The notes beneath the pieces were generated by a model. That model did no database searches, was not told the origin of the DNA, and saw only the letters and a program-made list of their open reading frames with translations. This document shows, piece by piece, positions 38,211 through 52,037 of a stretch of 64,000 nucleotides of DNA. The stretch comes from Felis catus (lineage: Eukaryota): contig NC_058368.1 in assembly GCF_018350175.1 (NCBI RefSeq), forward strand, positions 217,622,001 to 217,686,000, given 5' to 3'. The stretch's first letter is position 1. Every line of letters starts with the position of its first letter. A program made the position numbers and the translations under genes.

Positions 38211-39671
38211 AGCACTTATTTTCATTGGGACATTATTTTACAGTTTTGTTTTCATGTAACATCTGTTTGGATTTAGAGTCATCGTAAAACTGTCTCACAG
38301 GATGCAGTCATAAGTATAAGATCCTCTTTTAATTTTTTGGAAGAGTTTGCATAGAAATGACATTATTTTCCCCTAAATGTTTAGTACAATTTAAAAGCAA
38401 AGGATGACATTCTCTTTTTTCTATGAGTCACAACTACAAATCCTATTTCCTTACCAGTTGTAAGACTTCAGTTTATCTTAACTCTTACATGAGCCTGTTT
38501 GGCTTTGTTTTCCTTTTCCTTCATCTTTCAGGGAATTTGGTAGTTTCATCAAAGTTGAAAAAAAGTTGTTCATAATATTCCTATTGTCCTTTTGATACCT
38601 CTAATAATAATAGTCCTTCATGATACTGTTAATTTGTATCTACTTCTGTCTTTTTGCTGACCTGTGTGATTAAATGATTTTTTCAATTGTTTGTTTTCTC
38701 TTTTTTTTCTCTGATTATTCTTTCTTCAGCTTACATTGAGTTTCATTTGCTGTTCTTGCCTATTTCCTTGATTCAGAAGCTGAGATCATTGATTTGAGAC
38801 CCATTCCTATTTTCATATGTACATTTTAGTGCTAACTAAATTTTTTATTTATATTTATTTATTTTTATTTATTTAGTTACAGCTTTAGAGGCCAAAGCTG
38901 TTTTTTCTACCAATACAGTAAAACTTTTGCATTGCCCTAATCTTTATTGTTCTCTTTGTAACTTGTCAGTTGTTCCTTAGGATGCTTTTAAATTGTGTCA
39001 CTACTTTTAAGTAATTTGATTATGATGCTCCTGTCTATAGTATGCTTCATTCATTTTGTATTTGAAGTTTATAAAGCTTCCTGAATATGTAGCTTTATGC
39101 CTTTCTTCAAATTTGGAACAGTTTTCAGCTGTAATCTCTTTAATATTTTTTTGCCCTACATTCTTCTTTTTAAGGGCATTTAATTATAATAATACTAGGT
39201 CTCTTGAAAACGTAACACAGTGCACTGGTGCTGTTTATTTAATCTTCTCTTTTCCCTCTTAGTCATTTTAAATAGTTCCCATTCATCTTCATCTTCAAGT
39301 TTACCAAGCTTTTTTTTTCCCCCAATATCTAACCTGCTTTAATTCATCTAGAATATTTTTCATTTTACAGGTTATAGTTTCTCCTCTGAAAGTGTTTTTC
39401 TCAGTGTTTTCAATTGCTAGGATTTTCTTCAATCATATTTTCTTTCAGTCATATTTTCTTGTTTTTTGCATGCCTGTAAGTTTTGATTGGATATCAAACA
39501 TTGTGCTCTCACTGTGGTTAGTGTTAGATAGCTTTGCATTTTCATAAATATTCTTGAGCTCCATTCAGATGTGTGATTAAGTTACTTGAAACATCTTAAT
39601 CTTTTTGGACCTAGCTTTTGTGCCCTTTTTCTAGACCTAATTTTACCCAATAAATCAAGCAAAACCTTTCA

Positions 39672-39826
39672 GGGGCACTTGGGTGTCTCAGTCGGTTAAG
39701 TGGTCTATTCTTGATCTCGGCCCAGGTCATAGTCTCACAGTTCAAGGGTTTGAGCCCTGCATCCAGCTCTGCGCTGATGGTGTGGAGCCTGCTTGGGATT
39801 CTCTCCCTCTCTCTCTGCCCCTCTTG

Positions 39827-39858
<32 letters not shown>

Positions 39859-39879
39859 ATAAATAAATAAACTTAAAAA
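39672..39879 (+). mobile_element. CAN-SINE with 19-bp TSD
   Basis: aaatcaag(c/t)aaaacctttc at 39652-39670 and 39880-39898. Confidence 0.94.
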
Positions 39880-41762
39880 AAATCAAGTAAAACCTTTCTG
39901 AGTAGTCTACCAAAGCCCCCTGAGTTTGAACTTTTTCCTTTGGCTGGTGGAAACTAGAACCCTTCCCTGTGACAGGCTAGTTCACAGTTTCATTCCTTCT
40001 TATCCTTGTGACTGAATACCTCTGTTGCTTCACTCTATCTGTTCCCACGTGAGTTCTGATCAGAACTCCGCTGAAAAGTTGAGTAGCGTTCTCTTCAAAT
40101 TTCGGTAGTTTCCTCTCTATGAAACTCTCTCCCTTGAATTACTCCATCTTTAAAATTCTAGGCAGTTTGGTTTCAACATGGACTATCAGCATTATCTCCT
40201 GAACTGAGGGGGCTGACAGACTCCATCTGGGATCCCACTTCCTGTTTCACTGTCTGGAACCTCCCCCTGGCGGCAAACTAGGGAAGTCTTATGTATCATT
40301 TCATATCTTTCTCTTTTCTCTGAGATTATGGTCATTGTTCTCTGGTGTCTAATCCTTCAAAAATAATTGTTTCATATATTTCATTTAGTGTTAGTGGATT
40401 GTGTGTGTGTGTGGGGGGGGGGGGGAGCTGGCAAATCCAACCCTTGTTATTCTATAGTTGTTACAAAGGGACATTCAAAATATCATTTTAAACATGTTTT
40501 TGATCAACATATTTAGTCATTCTTACACAGGAAATTTTGCAGCAAAGAAGACAGGTATAATTCTATTCTCAATAGATACTTCAGTGGCATTTTATTCTAT
40601 TTTTATCAAGTATTGAAACTTTCAATTTATCAATCACTAATTTTAGTAAGTAGAGATCATTATAATACATAGAGGTGTATGCATTTTTATTAATTGTGAA
40701 TATTTGATAATGCCATTAAACTTCTCAATAAACTTCTATTGTATAAATAACACACTACCATGTAGGTGATACATGGTTGATGGAAATTTAGTTGCAAACA
40801 GTCTTTCAACCTGTATATATATGTATTAGACATAGATGTAAACAGACATAGATATAGATATATAATATGCTCAGTGTATATATAAATATATACTTTTCTA
40901 TATCTGGAATTTCCTCAGGATACAATGTTAGCAGTAAAATTTCTAGCTCAGAGACTGATAAACTTGCAACCTTGCTTCATAGTTTATAAAAGTGGCTGGT
41001 ACATTTTAAGTTTATATCTGTCCCCAAAATATTTGTTTTATAGAGTACTCAAGTATAAAGAAAGAAACAATGTACAGAGGTTTACCTATAAAAACTCAGA
41101 AATTATGAAAAGAAGAAAAGTATTGAAGAAACAAATTTATCCTCAATTGTATTTCTAAAATATTGCCAAGCCTGTTAACATATAGGCTGATTCCTGTTTG
41201 CATAAAGATATATGCAAAGAAAACATTTATGTATCAAATTACAGTGTGAAAAACTAGCAATAATTCAACAAGGAGACAACATTGTAATATGTGACTCTTT
41301 TGTTTGCTCTTATAGAATTTAGAAGGATGACTGATCCCCAGAGCAGAAAATAGGCTATGATAAGCATCATGGACAAATATTTTCCAGGGAAATCTGAGGA
41401 ACTATTTCTCACTCACCAGTAAATCTGTTCATCAAACATATTTTCTGAAATACATCTGCCACTTGCAACATGAAATTATGATTACAATTAGCAGCTGTTG
41501 TCAGTTCTGTTTCACCCCATTAGTAATCATGGATTTCTCAAGTTATAGGGTTGATTATAGCTTTACAGGTTCTGAAAGAACATGTTGTCTCATTTCACAC
41601 CTATTTTATACTCAACATTTAAAGTTCAACAAATTTGAGAAGAAATCTTTTTTACTGCAAAGTGAGAAGTATGTACACAACAACCTTAAGGAAAAAAAAT
41701 GCTTTTTTAGTGCTGCTTCAGGAAAATGTACATGATTCCACCCTAAGCTGAAATTGGCAAAT

Positions 41763-41764
<2 letters not shown>

Positions 41765-41794
<30 letters not shown>
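41765..41794. repeat. (GT)n microsatellite
   Basis: Direct reading. Confidence 0.97.
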
Positions 41795-41796
<2 letters not shown>

Positions 41797-41885
41797 CAGT
41801 TTCCTTAATAGTTGTCTGATTTTATTATAGAGTAGGAAAATTATTATTATTTACTTACAAATTATGATTATTTAAAAATAATGGT

Positions 41886-42120
41886 GGGTGCCTGGGTGGC
41901 TCAGTTGGTTGTGTTTGACTTTGGTGCAGGTCATGATCTCATGATTGGTGGGTTCAAACCCTGTGTCAGGCTCTGTGCTGACAGATCAGAGCCTGGAGCC
42001 TGCTTCAGATTCTTTGTCTCCCTCTCTCTCTGCCCTTCCCCACTTGTGCTCTGTCTCTGTCTCTCAAAACCAAAAAACATTAAAACATTTTAAAAATAAA
42101 AATAAAAAAATAAAAATAAT
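41886..42120 (+). mobile_element. CAN-SINE
   Basis: Head 'gggtgcctgggtggctcagttggtt'. Confidence 0.92.
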
Positions 42121-42962
42121 GCCACTAATATTTGAAAAAACAACAACAACAAAAAGATTTTAACTATTCATTCAAGCATTATATAGCCACATTCTCATTT
42201 TGAAGGACAATGAAACTTCCATAGGTCATAGATAGAAAACACATTTCTGGAAAGCAGTGGATTGAAAGAAAAGAACAAACTTATTACCTAATTATATTGA
42301 CTTAGTCAGGGAAAGATGTACCTGGAATTCAGGAAAGGAAAAGGAATACTATCTTTGACATATTTCTGCATAGTACTGATTTGTTCTGGTGTTTGTAATT
42401 TACTTTACATATTTTATTGTGCTAGATGAAAATGCAGGGATCTGGTATGTGTTAGATTCTTAATGGGAGAACATTAAAAATTAAAAGCAAACAAAGTAAA
42501 ACCAGAGTTCGCTTCCACACCTCAGTTCTCTTGTGCTTTTTACTTATTTGCTGTTTCTGCACATCCTGTTGTTGCAGAAGGTGTTCAGTTAAAAAATTAT
42601 ACCAGTGGTCTTTTTAAAAAAAAAACAAAACTTATTGCTCAAACTTAAATGTAAGGAGATCAATAAAATAGTGTTTTTTTAATAGGCTGTCTACTAGAAC
42701 ATAGAGATAGCTTTGTTCTGTGTTAAGTGTTTATCAGGTTCTTTCTGGTCATCTGTGGTAATCCACTGTATTTATTATTAATAGGTAAATAAAAATGCCC
42801 CATTCTGTGTTGAAAATAGAATACTGGCTGCTGGATAAAAGAAAAATATTTCTGGGTTTTGACAAATTGTGAGACATCATTTGCACTAGGGCAAATATAG
42901 ACCTGGAAGTTGGCAGTATTCATGTTAAACTGAGCTATTTCTAAATTGTCAAAGTGGTTCTA

Positions 42963-43184
42963 GGGGGGCCTGGGTGGCGCGGTCGGTTAAGCGTCCGACT
43001 TCAGCCAGGTCACGATCTCGCGGTCTGTGAGTTCGAGCCCCGCGTCGGGCCCTGGGCTGATGGCTCAGAGCCTGGAGCCTGTTTCCGATTCTGTGTCTCC
43101 CTCTCTCTCTCCCCTCCCCCGTTCATGCTCTGTCTCTCTCTGTCCCAAAAATAAATAAACGTTGAAAAAAAAAATTAAAAAAAA
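42963..43184 (+). mobile_element. Young feline-type CAN-SINE, TSD aaagtggttct
   Basis: CpG-rich and nearly identical to the 52038 copy; TSD at 42951-42961 and 43185-43195. Confidence 0.96.
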
Positions 43185-44604
43185 AAAGTGGTTCTCCATC
43201 ATGAAGTCTCAACCTGAAAAGTAGTTCCTTTCAAGATTGAATCTAAGTGTAGAACAGTCAGAAACCCAGACTTATGTTGGTCCCACATAAGTTCCAAGTG
43301 AGTCAAAGCTGGACTTACATAAGGTTAGAATTGTTAGCTATTCCTCAATCATAGAAACACCCATGCTAATCTCTAGGGCAAGTAATAATAAACATAAAGG
43401 ATTTTTTTTTAATTTTGATTTGCAGTTCAAACAGTAAGAAGAAATCCAATGTCTATTTAGCCATAAGCAGATAATGGTTGCTATTGACTTTTCCAACAAT
43501 GAAAAAATACATATATATTCAGGCAAATATTATAAATTGAATTGCATTCAATACATGGATGTGGTTATGTTCTTTTACTGTGCTTTCTTTGTGTTCATTT
43601 TAGGTTTGTTTTATTCATGAGCAGAATTTGGTGTAACTATTTAAGTAAAATACAACATTTTAAAAAATGTTCTAATGACTATCCTAGTCCACGTTAGGAA
43701 CTAAAATATAGGAGACTTGACCTGTAGAGATAGAAAACACTGTATTTTTTTTAGGCATGTATTAAGCAATAGAGATTAAAAAGAGAAAATTTAATATGAC
43801 CATTGTCCTCAATTTTAGTACATTAATAGTTATTTGAAAAATAAGAGTCATCTCAGATCCTTGTCTGACATTGAATTGTTGGTTAAAATCTGATAGAACT
43901 TTTGTTCCTAGGAGATATATGCATACGCCATTATGTATTTTATATATTGATTTTTATATCTTGGTTCTAGTGATCTGCTTAGGAGTTCCCACATCAAAAG
44001 TATCACTAGTATTAGGCAGTGACCATATATTATATAAGGTTTTTTTCAAATCTCCCAAATTATTTTCATAACACCATGTAGAAAAATTACCATTATGATT
44101 ATTGAAAAAGTGAGAAGATACTACCATTTCCATGTAGCTCTACTACCCATTGCACAACTCTTCCAAAGGGCAAGAAGGTGACGGACTGGTTTTATATTTT
44201 GAGACTAAGGTACAGACAAGAATCTAAAACCAACCATGCAAAGTTTTTAGCTATTCCACCTTTGAGATGAAATCCAGTACATACATATTTTTTTCCCACA
44301 TGCTCAAATACTTACTTTGAAATAGTATCTGTCAGTTGAGACAATCATTTTATAAAATTTAGCATAAAATAAACTAGGCAAGGCCCATGATGTTAAATTA
44401 TTATAATTATTTTGGAAATCTGAGTTTACTAATGGATCCTTTAAGTTCAATATAGGTCTTATAGCCATAGACTAAATCACAGGCTCTTTTTTAAAACAAT
44501 CAAAGCAAACAAACAAAAAAAACATAGAAAACCTAAATGTATTTTCATCAAATATTTTTTAAATTACAAATGTTTCACAATGTTTAGAACAATAAGATAA
44601 AATC

Positions 44605-44855
44605 AGTGTGGGTGGTAAACCATAAAAGACTCTTAACTACTTAACTGTAGAGAACAAACTGGGGGCTGCTGGAGGGAAGGTAGGCAGGAGGATTTGGGCT
44701 AAATGGGCAATGAGAATTAAGGAGGGCACTTGTTGAGATGAGCACTGGATGTTGTATGTAATTGATGAATCACTAAATTCTACTCCTGAAACCAATATTA
44801 CACTATATGCTAACTAATTTGAATTTAAATAAAATCTTGGAAGCAAAAAAAAAAA
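44605..44855 (+). mobile_element. Short L1 3' UTR fragment with A-tail
   Basis: 'gagaacaaact...gagggcacttgttgagatgagcactgg...gaatttaaataaa' similar to the 3' end of the 48 kb L1. Confidence 0.85.
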
Positions 44856-45159
44856 GGAACACTGGCTGCTCAATTTCTATTACTTATGTTTATGAAAGTC
44901 AATGTTTGATAGTGAATATATTACAGATTTATAATGGGAGCCGTAATTTCCAAATTCACCAGATCAAAAAGGAGTTCATTTGTTAAGTGACTTTAATAAG
45001 ATATTTAGAAAAATGAGAACTACACCAGATGTTGATTAGTTTCTTTGTTGTCTGTCATTTTCTTCCTTTTTCCATCTTTATTCTGAACAGTTTATCCCAT
45101 GGTATATAGCTTTACTATATTAAGTCTTGTCTAAAGTCTTATAACATGGGATTGACCTA

Positions 45160-45471
45160 AGATGTTTGTTAGAAATACAAAATCCCAGCTCCAACACCTG
45201 ACCTACTGAATCAGAATCCGTTTTTAAAAAGATCCCAATGTAGGGGTGCCTGGGTGGCTCAGCCAGTTAAGCATCCGACTTTGGTTCAGGTCATGATTTC
45301 CTGGTTCATGGGTTTGAGCCCTGTACTGGGCTCTGTGCTGACAGCTCAGAGCCTGGAGCCTGCTTCAGATCCTGTGTCTCCCTTTCTCTCTCTGCTCCTC
45401 CCCCACTCATTCTCTGTCACTCTCTGTCTCTTAAAAATGAATAAACATTAAAAACCAATTTTTTAAATAAT

Positions 45472-45520
<49 letters not shown>

Positions 45521-45565
45521 ATCCCAATGTAATTCATATGAATGTTAATGTTTGAGAAACACTTA
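45160..45565. mobile_element. MER5A-like hAT MITE fragment split by a SINE
   Basis: 'ttgttagaaatacaaaatccc..acctactgaatcagaatc..[SINE]..gtttgagaaacact'. Confidence 0.7.
45243..45520 (+). mobile_element. CAN-SINE with (AAAT)n tail, TSD atcccaatgta
   Basis: TSD at 45232-45242 and 45521-45531. Confidence 0.94.
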
Positions 45566-45699
45566 TTTTCCTATATGGCTTAATTAGATACTCAGCAGCA
45601 GAAATCTCAAAGAGATGTGTTAGTACAGCCTAACATGGCCTGACCTAAGGTATTTTATTATAAGCTAGCCTTTTAAAAGATCTTTCTTATGATTACATT

Positions 45700-46320
45700 A
45701 CAGCCTTCTATTGCTGCCATAACAAATTACCATAAACTTAGTGCCTAAAGTAACTTAAATTTATTATCTTAAAGTTTTATGGGTTCGAGATCTGGGATGA
45801 ATCTCACTGGGCTAAAGATGTTACTGTGGACAGGGCCATATTCCTGTCTGGACACGGTAGGAGAGCAATCATTTCCTTCCTCGTTTAGGTCATTAGTAGA
45901 TTTCAGTTCCTTGCAGTTGCAGGACTGTAATTCTTATTTTCTTGCTGTCTTTCAGCTGAAGGTTCATTCTGAGTTTCTAGAGGTGGCCTGCATCCTTTGG
46001 CATGATACCCCTTCCTGCAATCCTCAAAGCCAGCAATAAGAGATCAATTCCTTTCCATACTTTAAATCTCTTTTTTTTTTCCTCCTGTTTCATTTCTCTA
46101 GAGCACATCTCTGCCTTCTTCATCCACTTTAAATGGTTTCCATGATTCATTTAGGCCTATCTAGATAATTAAGAATAGTCTTCCTTCTCAATGACTTTAA
46201 CCTTAATCACATTTACAAAGTTACTTTTACCATGTAAAGTAACATATCCATAGGTTTCAGGGATTAAGAAGTAGGCATCCTTTGGGGGACATGAGGAGGC
46301 ATTATTTTGCCAATCATAGA
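45700..46320 (-). mobile_element. MLT1 (MaLR) solo LTR
   Basis: 'ttgctgccataacaaattaccataaacttagt..aaatttattatct' and 'accatgtaaagtaacatat'. Confidence 0.8.
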
Positions 46321-46929
46321 GTGTCCATATCCAACCCTGATGAGAAAGAGTGATGGAACTCTATGTAATATGTCATTTCATTTTTATCTGGAATAGGTCA
46401 GAGGAATAGATTGGAGGATGACCTTTGATTCAGCTGATATGTTCCCTAAAAGAGAGCCATTCAAGAGCAAAGTATTTTACAACAGTTTCTCTATTCACTT
46501 ATAGCCATAAGGACTCTGTGGACAAGTTCTTATGTTTCTTTTTAACATAATTTCAATTTATCTATGCAACTGACTCCATCAAATTTAATATGACTACTTA
46601 ATATGTCTCAAGCACTGCAATAGGTCTATAATAGGATAAGTAAATCAAGTGACAATTAAAAACTCACTCAAAGGCTGCTGCAAGTATTCCTGAGTATAAA
46701 TAATAACTCTAAAGTCACACAATCGTAGAATAGTAATGATGGAAAAGGCCAAACATATCATATCGTCTAAGTGACAGTTACATTAAATAAAAATTCAAGA
46801 AAGTTATTAGCATTTTACTGTCATGACTTTATGAGAACATTGTTTGAATTGCCTATAACTTTTAAGAAATAGTAGATGAACTAATAATCTTAATATAATG
46901 CCTAGATTCATGAATCTCTTTTCTGCCAG

Positions 46930-47066
46930 ATACTCCATTGATCGGCATACTGATATGGACCGGATTTTTAGTATTCACTCCGAAAATGGCTCTATTTTCA
47001 CTTTGAAACCCCTGGACCGGGAATCATCTCCTTGGCACAACATCACCATTACAGCCACAGAAATAA
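46930..47066 (+). CDS. CDH9: Cadherin-9 coding exon, EC4 (137 nt)
   Basis: tgccag|ATACTCC...ATAA|gtgagt; [45 protein letters not shown]. Confidence 0.97.
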
Positions 47067-47515
47067 GTGAGTGGGAAATACATCCATCTGAACACCAAAG
47101 TGGTAAAATAACAGCAATAAGTAGACTCTATTTCTTGAGTGAAACAATTTTATCGTTAGCAGCCTGAGTGTGTGTTGGATATTATATTATTTAATGATTA
47201 TCAAATATCCACTTTTTAAATTTAATTTTCTCTTATAGCTTACTGTAGGATGGAAATGTAATCTAACCTCATAAAAATAAGTAATCTAAGAAAATTATGC
47301 CTTACAAATAATAATACTTCATTCTCAATCATATTCTCCTCTTTTTAATCATGCTTTCCATCTGGACCATGTAAGCAAGCTGAGATATTCATCAGCAATC
47401 CAATTGAGAAAGTGAATACCACATAAATGATCTGTTGCTAAGTTACAAATGGGGAGAGTGGTGTCACCGCTTCTCTGTAAATGAGACTGAAGTCTTACAC
47501 ATGTTCTTGTTGCAG

Positions 47516-47637
47516 ATAACTCAAAACAAAGTAGCCACATCCCTGTCTTCATCAGAATTCTAGATATAAACGACCATGCTCCGGAATTTGCCATGTACTA
47601 TGAAACATTTGTTTGTGAAAATGCAAAGCCTGGGCAG
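47516..47637 (+). CDS. CDH9: Cadherin-9 coding exon, EC4/EC5 (122 nt)
   Basis: ttgcag|ATAAC...GGGCAG|gtaaat; [41 protein letters not shown]. Confidence 0.96.
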
Positions 47638-48001
47638 GTAAATAAAACCATTATAAACTTAAATTTGTTTTTTCCTGTTTCCAAAGGCAGGTACCATTAT
47701 ATTCATTCACTGGAACAAATCTTTTTTTTTTTTTTCATGCAAATTATTGCCATTCCTCTTTGTCACCTGTTTATCTCCCCTTACCAGAACATTCACAGTG
47801 ATCTAAAAAGGTAACTTTTGAAGTGGTTTCTATTATGGAACCCATGATATAATAGAAAAAGTTGTAATATATGCTTTAATTTATATACTGGTATATAATA
47901 AATGTCTATACATATAGATCTATCTATCTATCTATAAGAAATAGTTTCTACCTGGATTCATAATTATGTTGAAACTGAGTTATATTCAAGAATAGAATGG
48001 A

Positions 48002-48945
48002 TATTTGCAAATGACATATCAGACAAAGGGCTAGTATCCAAAATCTATAAAAAGCTCACCAAACTCCACACCCGAAAAACAAATAACCCAGTGAAGAAAT
48101 GGGCAGAAAACATGAATAGACACTTCTCTAAAGAAGACATCCGGATGGCCAACAGGCACATGAAAAGATGTTCAGCGTCGCTCCTTATCAGGGAAATACA
48201 AATCAAAACCACACTCAGGTATCACCTCACGCCAGTCAGAGTGGCCAAAATGAACAAATCAGGAGACTATAGATGCTGGAGAGGATGTGGAGAAACGGGA
48301 ACCCTCTTGCACTGTTGGTGGGAATGCAAATTGGTGCAGCCGCTCTGGAAAGCAGTGTGGAGGTTCCTCAGAAAATTAAAAATAGACCTACCCTATGACC
48401 CAGCAATAGCACTGCTAGGAATTTACCCAAGGGATACAGGAGTACTGATGCATAGGGGCACTTGTACCCCAATGTTTATAGCAGCACTCTCAACAATAGC
48501 CAAATTATGGAAAGAGCCTAAATGTTCATCAACTGATGAATGGATAAAGAAACTGTGGTTTATGTACACAATGGAGTACTACATGGCAATGAGAAAAAAC
48601 AAAATATGGCCCTTTGTAGCAACGTGGATGGAATTGGAGAGTGTGATGCTAAGTGAAATAAGCCATACAGAGAAAGACAGATACCATATGTTTTCACTCT
48701 TATGTGGATCCTGAGAAACTTAACAGGAACCCATGGGGGAGGGGAAGGAAAAAAAAAAAAGAGGTTAGAGTGGGAGAGAGCCAAAGCATAAGAGACTGTT
48801 AAAAACTGAGAACAAACTGAGGGTTGATGGGGGGTGGGAGGGAGGGGAGGGTGGGTGATGGGTATTGAGGAGGGCACCTTTTGGGATGAGCACTGGGTGT
48901 TGTATGGAAACCAATTTGACAATAAATTTCATATATTGAAAAAAA
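48002..48945 (+). mobile_element. Young 5'-truncated L1 (ORF2 C-terminus, 3' UTR, polyA) with 14-bp TSD
   Basis: Uninterrupted ORF2 frame 48001-48714 with [18 protein letters not shown] zinc knuckle; AATAAA and A-tail; TSD aagaatagaatgga at 47988-48001 and 48946-48959. Confidence 0.96.
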
Positions 48946-49371
48946 AAGAATAGAATGGAAATACATTACTAAATACATTAAGTATGAACATGAAATTGTT
49001 CTGTGTTAGTATAAAGGGAATCAAAATAATTATCTTGTTGATTACATTTTCCTCTTTTAATCTCTCAGGCAAGACATTTTGGTTTGATAATTATACTTTG
49101 TGATTTTTCAACTTTAATCTTATTGAGTTAAAAAGAGATTGTTTGTACAAGAGTTACAAAGTCCTCTTGCAAAGTTCCCTCATATATAAGATATCTTTAA
49201 AGTAACTTTAAGCAACTGCAGAATATGTTCATTTTTGACACTAATATAGTATTTTTCAAATGATAGTAACCACACAAATTTCATTGAAGGAAATTTTAAC
49301 AAGTTATTAAGATATTTTTTAAGGAAAACGTGGGTGGGTGTTAAGAATCATACATAATTTCATCATGTTTT

Positions 49372-49596
49372 TTATTTTATTTTACTTATTTTTTTAATAT
49401 TTATTTATTTTTGAAGGAGAGAGACAGACAGAGTGTGAGCAGGGGAGGGGCAGAGAGAGAGGGAGACAGAATCTGAGCAGGCTCCAGGCTCTGAGCTGTA
49501 AGCACAGAGCCCAACTCGGGGCTCAAACTCATGATCTATGAGATCATGACCTGAGTGGAAATCGGATGCCCAACCAACTTAGACACCCAGGCACCC
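49372..49596 (-). mobile_element. CAN-SINE, TSD catcatgttttt
   Basis: TSD at about 49361 and 49600. Confidence 0.93.
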
Positions 49597-49659
49597 CTCC
49601 ATCATGTTTTTTTAAACACAGAAAATAAAAGTGAAATACAGTCTTCTTTTTATTCCAAT

Positions 49660-50028
49660 AGAGATTGCAATGAACGAAATGTTCATTTGAAACCCTAACC
49701 TCCAGTATGGAGATAGAGCTTTTAAGGAAGCAAATAAAGTTAAATGAGATCATAAGGTTAGGGCTGTGATCTGAAAGGATTAGTGTCCTTTAAGGAAGAG
49801 ACAATGGGAAGATCACTCTCCCTCTCTCTCTTTTTATGCATACACTTAAAGGGAAGGCATTGTAAGGACTTAGCAAGAAGGCAGCTGTCTGCAAGCCCGA
49901 AAGAAAGCTCTCACAGACCTTGATCTCAGACTTCCAGTCTCCAGAACTGTGAGAAAAATAAATTTCTGCCATTGAAGCCATCCAGGCTGCATAATTTTTA
50001 AGGCAGCCCAAGCAAGTAGACTAAGACA
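49660..50028 (+). mobile_element. MLT1A/B-like solo LTR
   Basis: 'ccttgatctcagacttccagtctccagaactgtgagaaaaataaatttct..gactaagaca'. Confidence 0.85.
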
Positions 50029-50607
50029 GAGATATGTACCATATTCCACTTGCATACACAAAAGATAGAATTGGGGTATTCTTATTCTTATTCTTATCCT
50101 TACTTGCCAAAAAAGCATCATTACATAGTTATCTGGATTAAAAATTGTTTTTCTTTTTTCACTTTGCAACATGTAATGGACATACTCTCAGTTTAGCAAA
50201 TGATTATTTTTAAACCGATGCTGAATTTTTACAGCATAGCTATACATTCATTAGTTTATTCAACTACCCACTTAAAATGGAAATTTGGTTTACAAACAAA
50301 ATATTAACTCAGCAGACAGCACTATAATGAGCCTTATAGTACATTTATATTTATATACTACCTGGTATTCTTTTCCTTTGATACAACCTTCAAAGTAGGA
50401 ATAAATTTGATATGTAAATGTTCATCAATGCCTCCAAATAGTTGCCTAAATATGTCATATATCTAGTGGATGACTGCCTATTTATTGGGCAACACTAGAT
50501 TTTAAAATGTCTACCAAAAAATAATATCTCATAATAATTTTAACACGGATCCTCCCAACATTATTTGGGCTGAACATTTTTCATAAATGTGTGGCCATTT
50601 TCACAGC

Positions 50608-51051
50608 TGTATTAGTTACCTAAGGCTGCCATGAGAAATTACCACAAACTAGAAAGCTTAAAACAGAAATGTGCTCTCACACAGTTCTGGAGAATAAAGT
50701 CTGGAATCAACGTGTCAGCAGGCCATCCCCTCTCTATGAACTCTAGGAGTAGACTCTTTCTTGCCATTTCCTAGCCCCTGTGAGTGCCAGAAACCATTGG
50801 CATCCCTTGGTTTATAAGAATTACCCCAATCTCTGCATACACTGTCCCGTGACATTCTATCTGTATCCCTATTTCCCTCTTCTTATGGGAAAAATCCAGT
50901 CATTGGATTAGGGTCCACACTAATCCACCACGGTTTCAACTTAACTTGATTGCATCTATGAGAGCCTGTTTCCAAATAAGATCACATTCACAGGTACTGG
51001 AAATTAGGATTTGAACATATGTCTTGCAGAGAAAGAAGTCAATTGACAACA
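50608..51051 (-). mobile_element. MLT1B/C-like solo LTR
   Basis: Begins 'tgtattagtt..ggctgcc..aaattaccacaaact..cacagttctggag'; contains 'tttccaaataagatcacattcacaggtactgg'. Confidence 0.85.
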
Positions 51052-51387
51052 GTGTATAGATATTCTTTACTCGTTTGTCTATTAATATGCTTTTCATGTG
51101 AGTAATTGATATGTATTACAAATTAATATTTGATAAAAATAATTGATCTGAACTAAAAATTATTTTAATAGATACTATTAGTATTAAAATTTCTGTCGTT
51201 GTTTCGATACTTGACACATAACAATTTGCTTGTTAAAAGTAACAAGGTTAAAAATGTATTTTAAGCTACGGATATGTATTCTCTGTTAAAATATGCTTAA
51301 ACAATGGCTGATCTAATCACTTCAAGAACTCTGCTGTATAACCAGAGGACCTACATTGTTTATGATTTAAAATATTGCTAAATATCA

Positions 51388-51628
51388 TGGGGCGCCTGGG
51401 TGGCTCAGTCCGTTAAGCGCCAACCTCGACTCAGGTCATGATCTCGCGGTTTGTGGGTTCAAGTCCCACGTCGGGCTCTGTGCTGACAGCTCAGAGCCTG
51501 GAGCATGCTTTGGATTCTGTGTTTCCTCCTCTATTTGCCCCTCCCATGCTCATGCTCTGTCTCTGTCTCTCAACAATAAATAAACGTTAAAAAATAAAAT
51601 AATAAAATAAAATAAAATAAAATAAAAT
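51388..51628 (+). mobile_element. CAN-SINE, TSD aaaatattgctaaatat
   Basis: TSD at about 51369 and 51629; (TAAAA)n tail. Confidence 0.94.
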
Positions 51629-52037
51629 AAAATATTGCTAAATATTGGATATACCATTGCCAATATGGAACAGGAGGTTAAGCAAAAGTGCTGAAGTCTT
51701 AAAAGTATTTTTTTCTATGTCATGACCCAATCTTCTAAGGAGAAAATGTGCATTAAATTTCTCTTAATAATTGTACACATACAGAAGAATTATATAAAGA
51801 AGCATAAAGCTACATGCCACTCTGTCAATAAAATGAATGAAATCCTAGTTAGTATTAAAAGAGGAAAAAACATTCACTAGTGAGTCATCAGGTTAGTATG
51901 GCTACAGAAGGTTCACAGTAACAAAAACTGTGGATATGCCAAACCACTATTAAATTCCAACAGTTGTTCATCACAGAAGTCGGACTACTATGCCTCTAAG
52001 TGAGTGGCGCAACTGTTTTTGTGGAAAAGAAATTTGA

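Larger units (their letters stand above)
37100..40470 (-). mobile_element. Old L1M-type relic interrupted by SINEs
   Basis: T-rich sequence with L1 3'-end phrases such as 'ccatgttgttatgtacatcagtagtt' and 'ttgctgaaaagtattcca'. Confidence 0.6.

Noticed and set aside
48091..48714. 207-aa ORF as a novel gene
   Set aside because: It is the L1 ORF2 C-terminus of a 5'-truncated insertion with no promoter, endonuclease or RT domain
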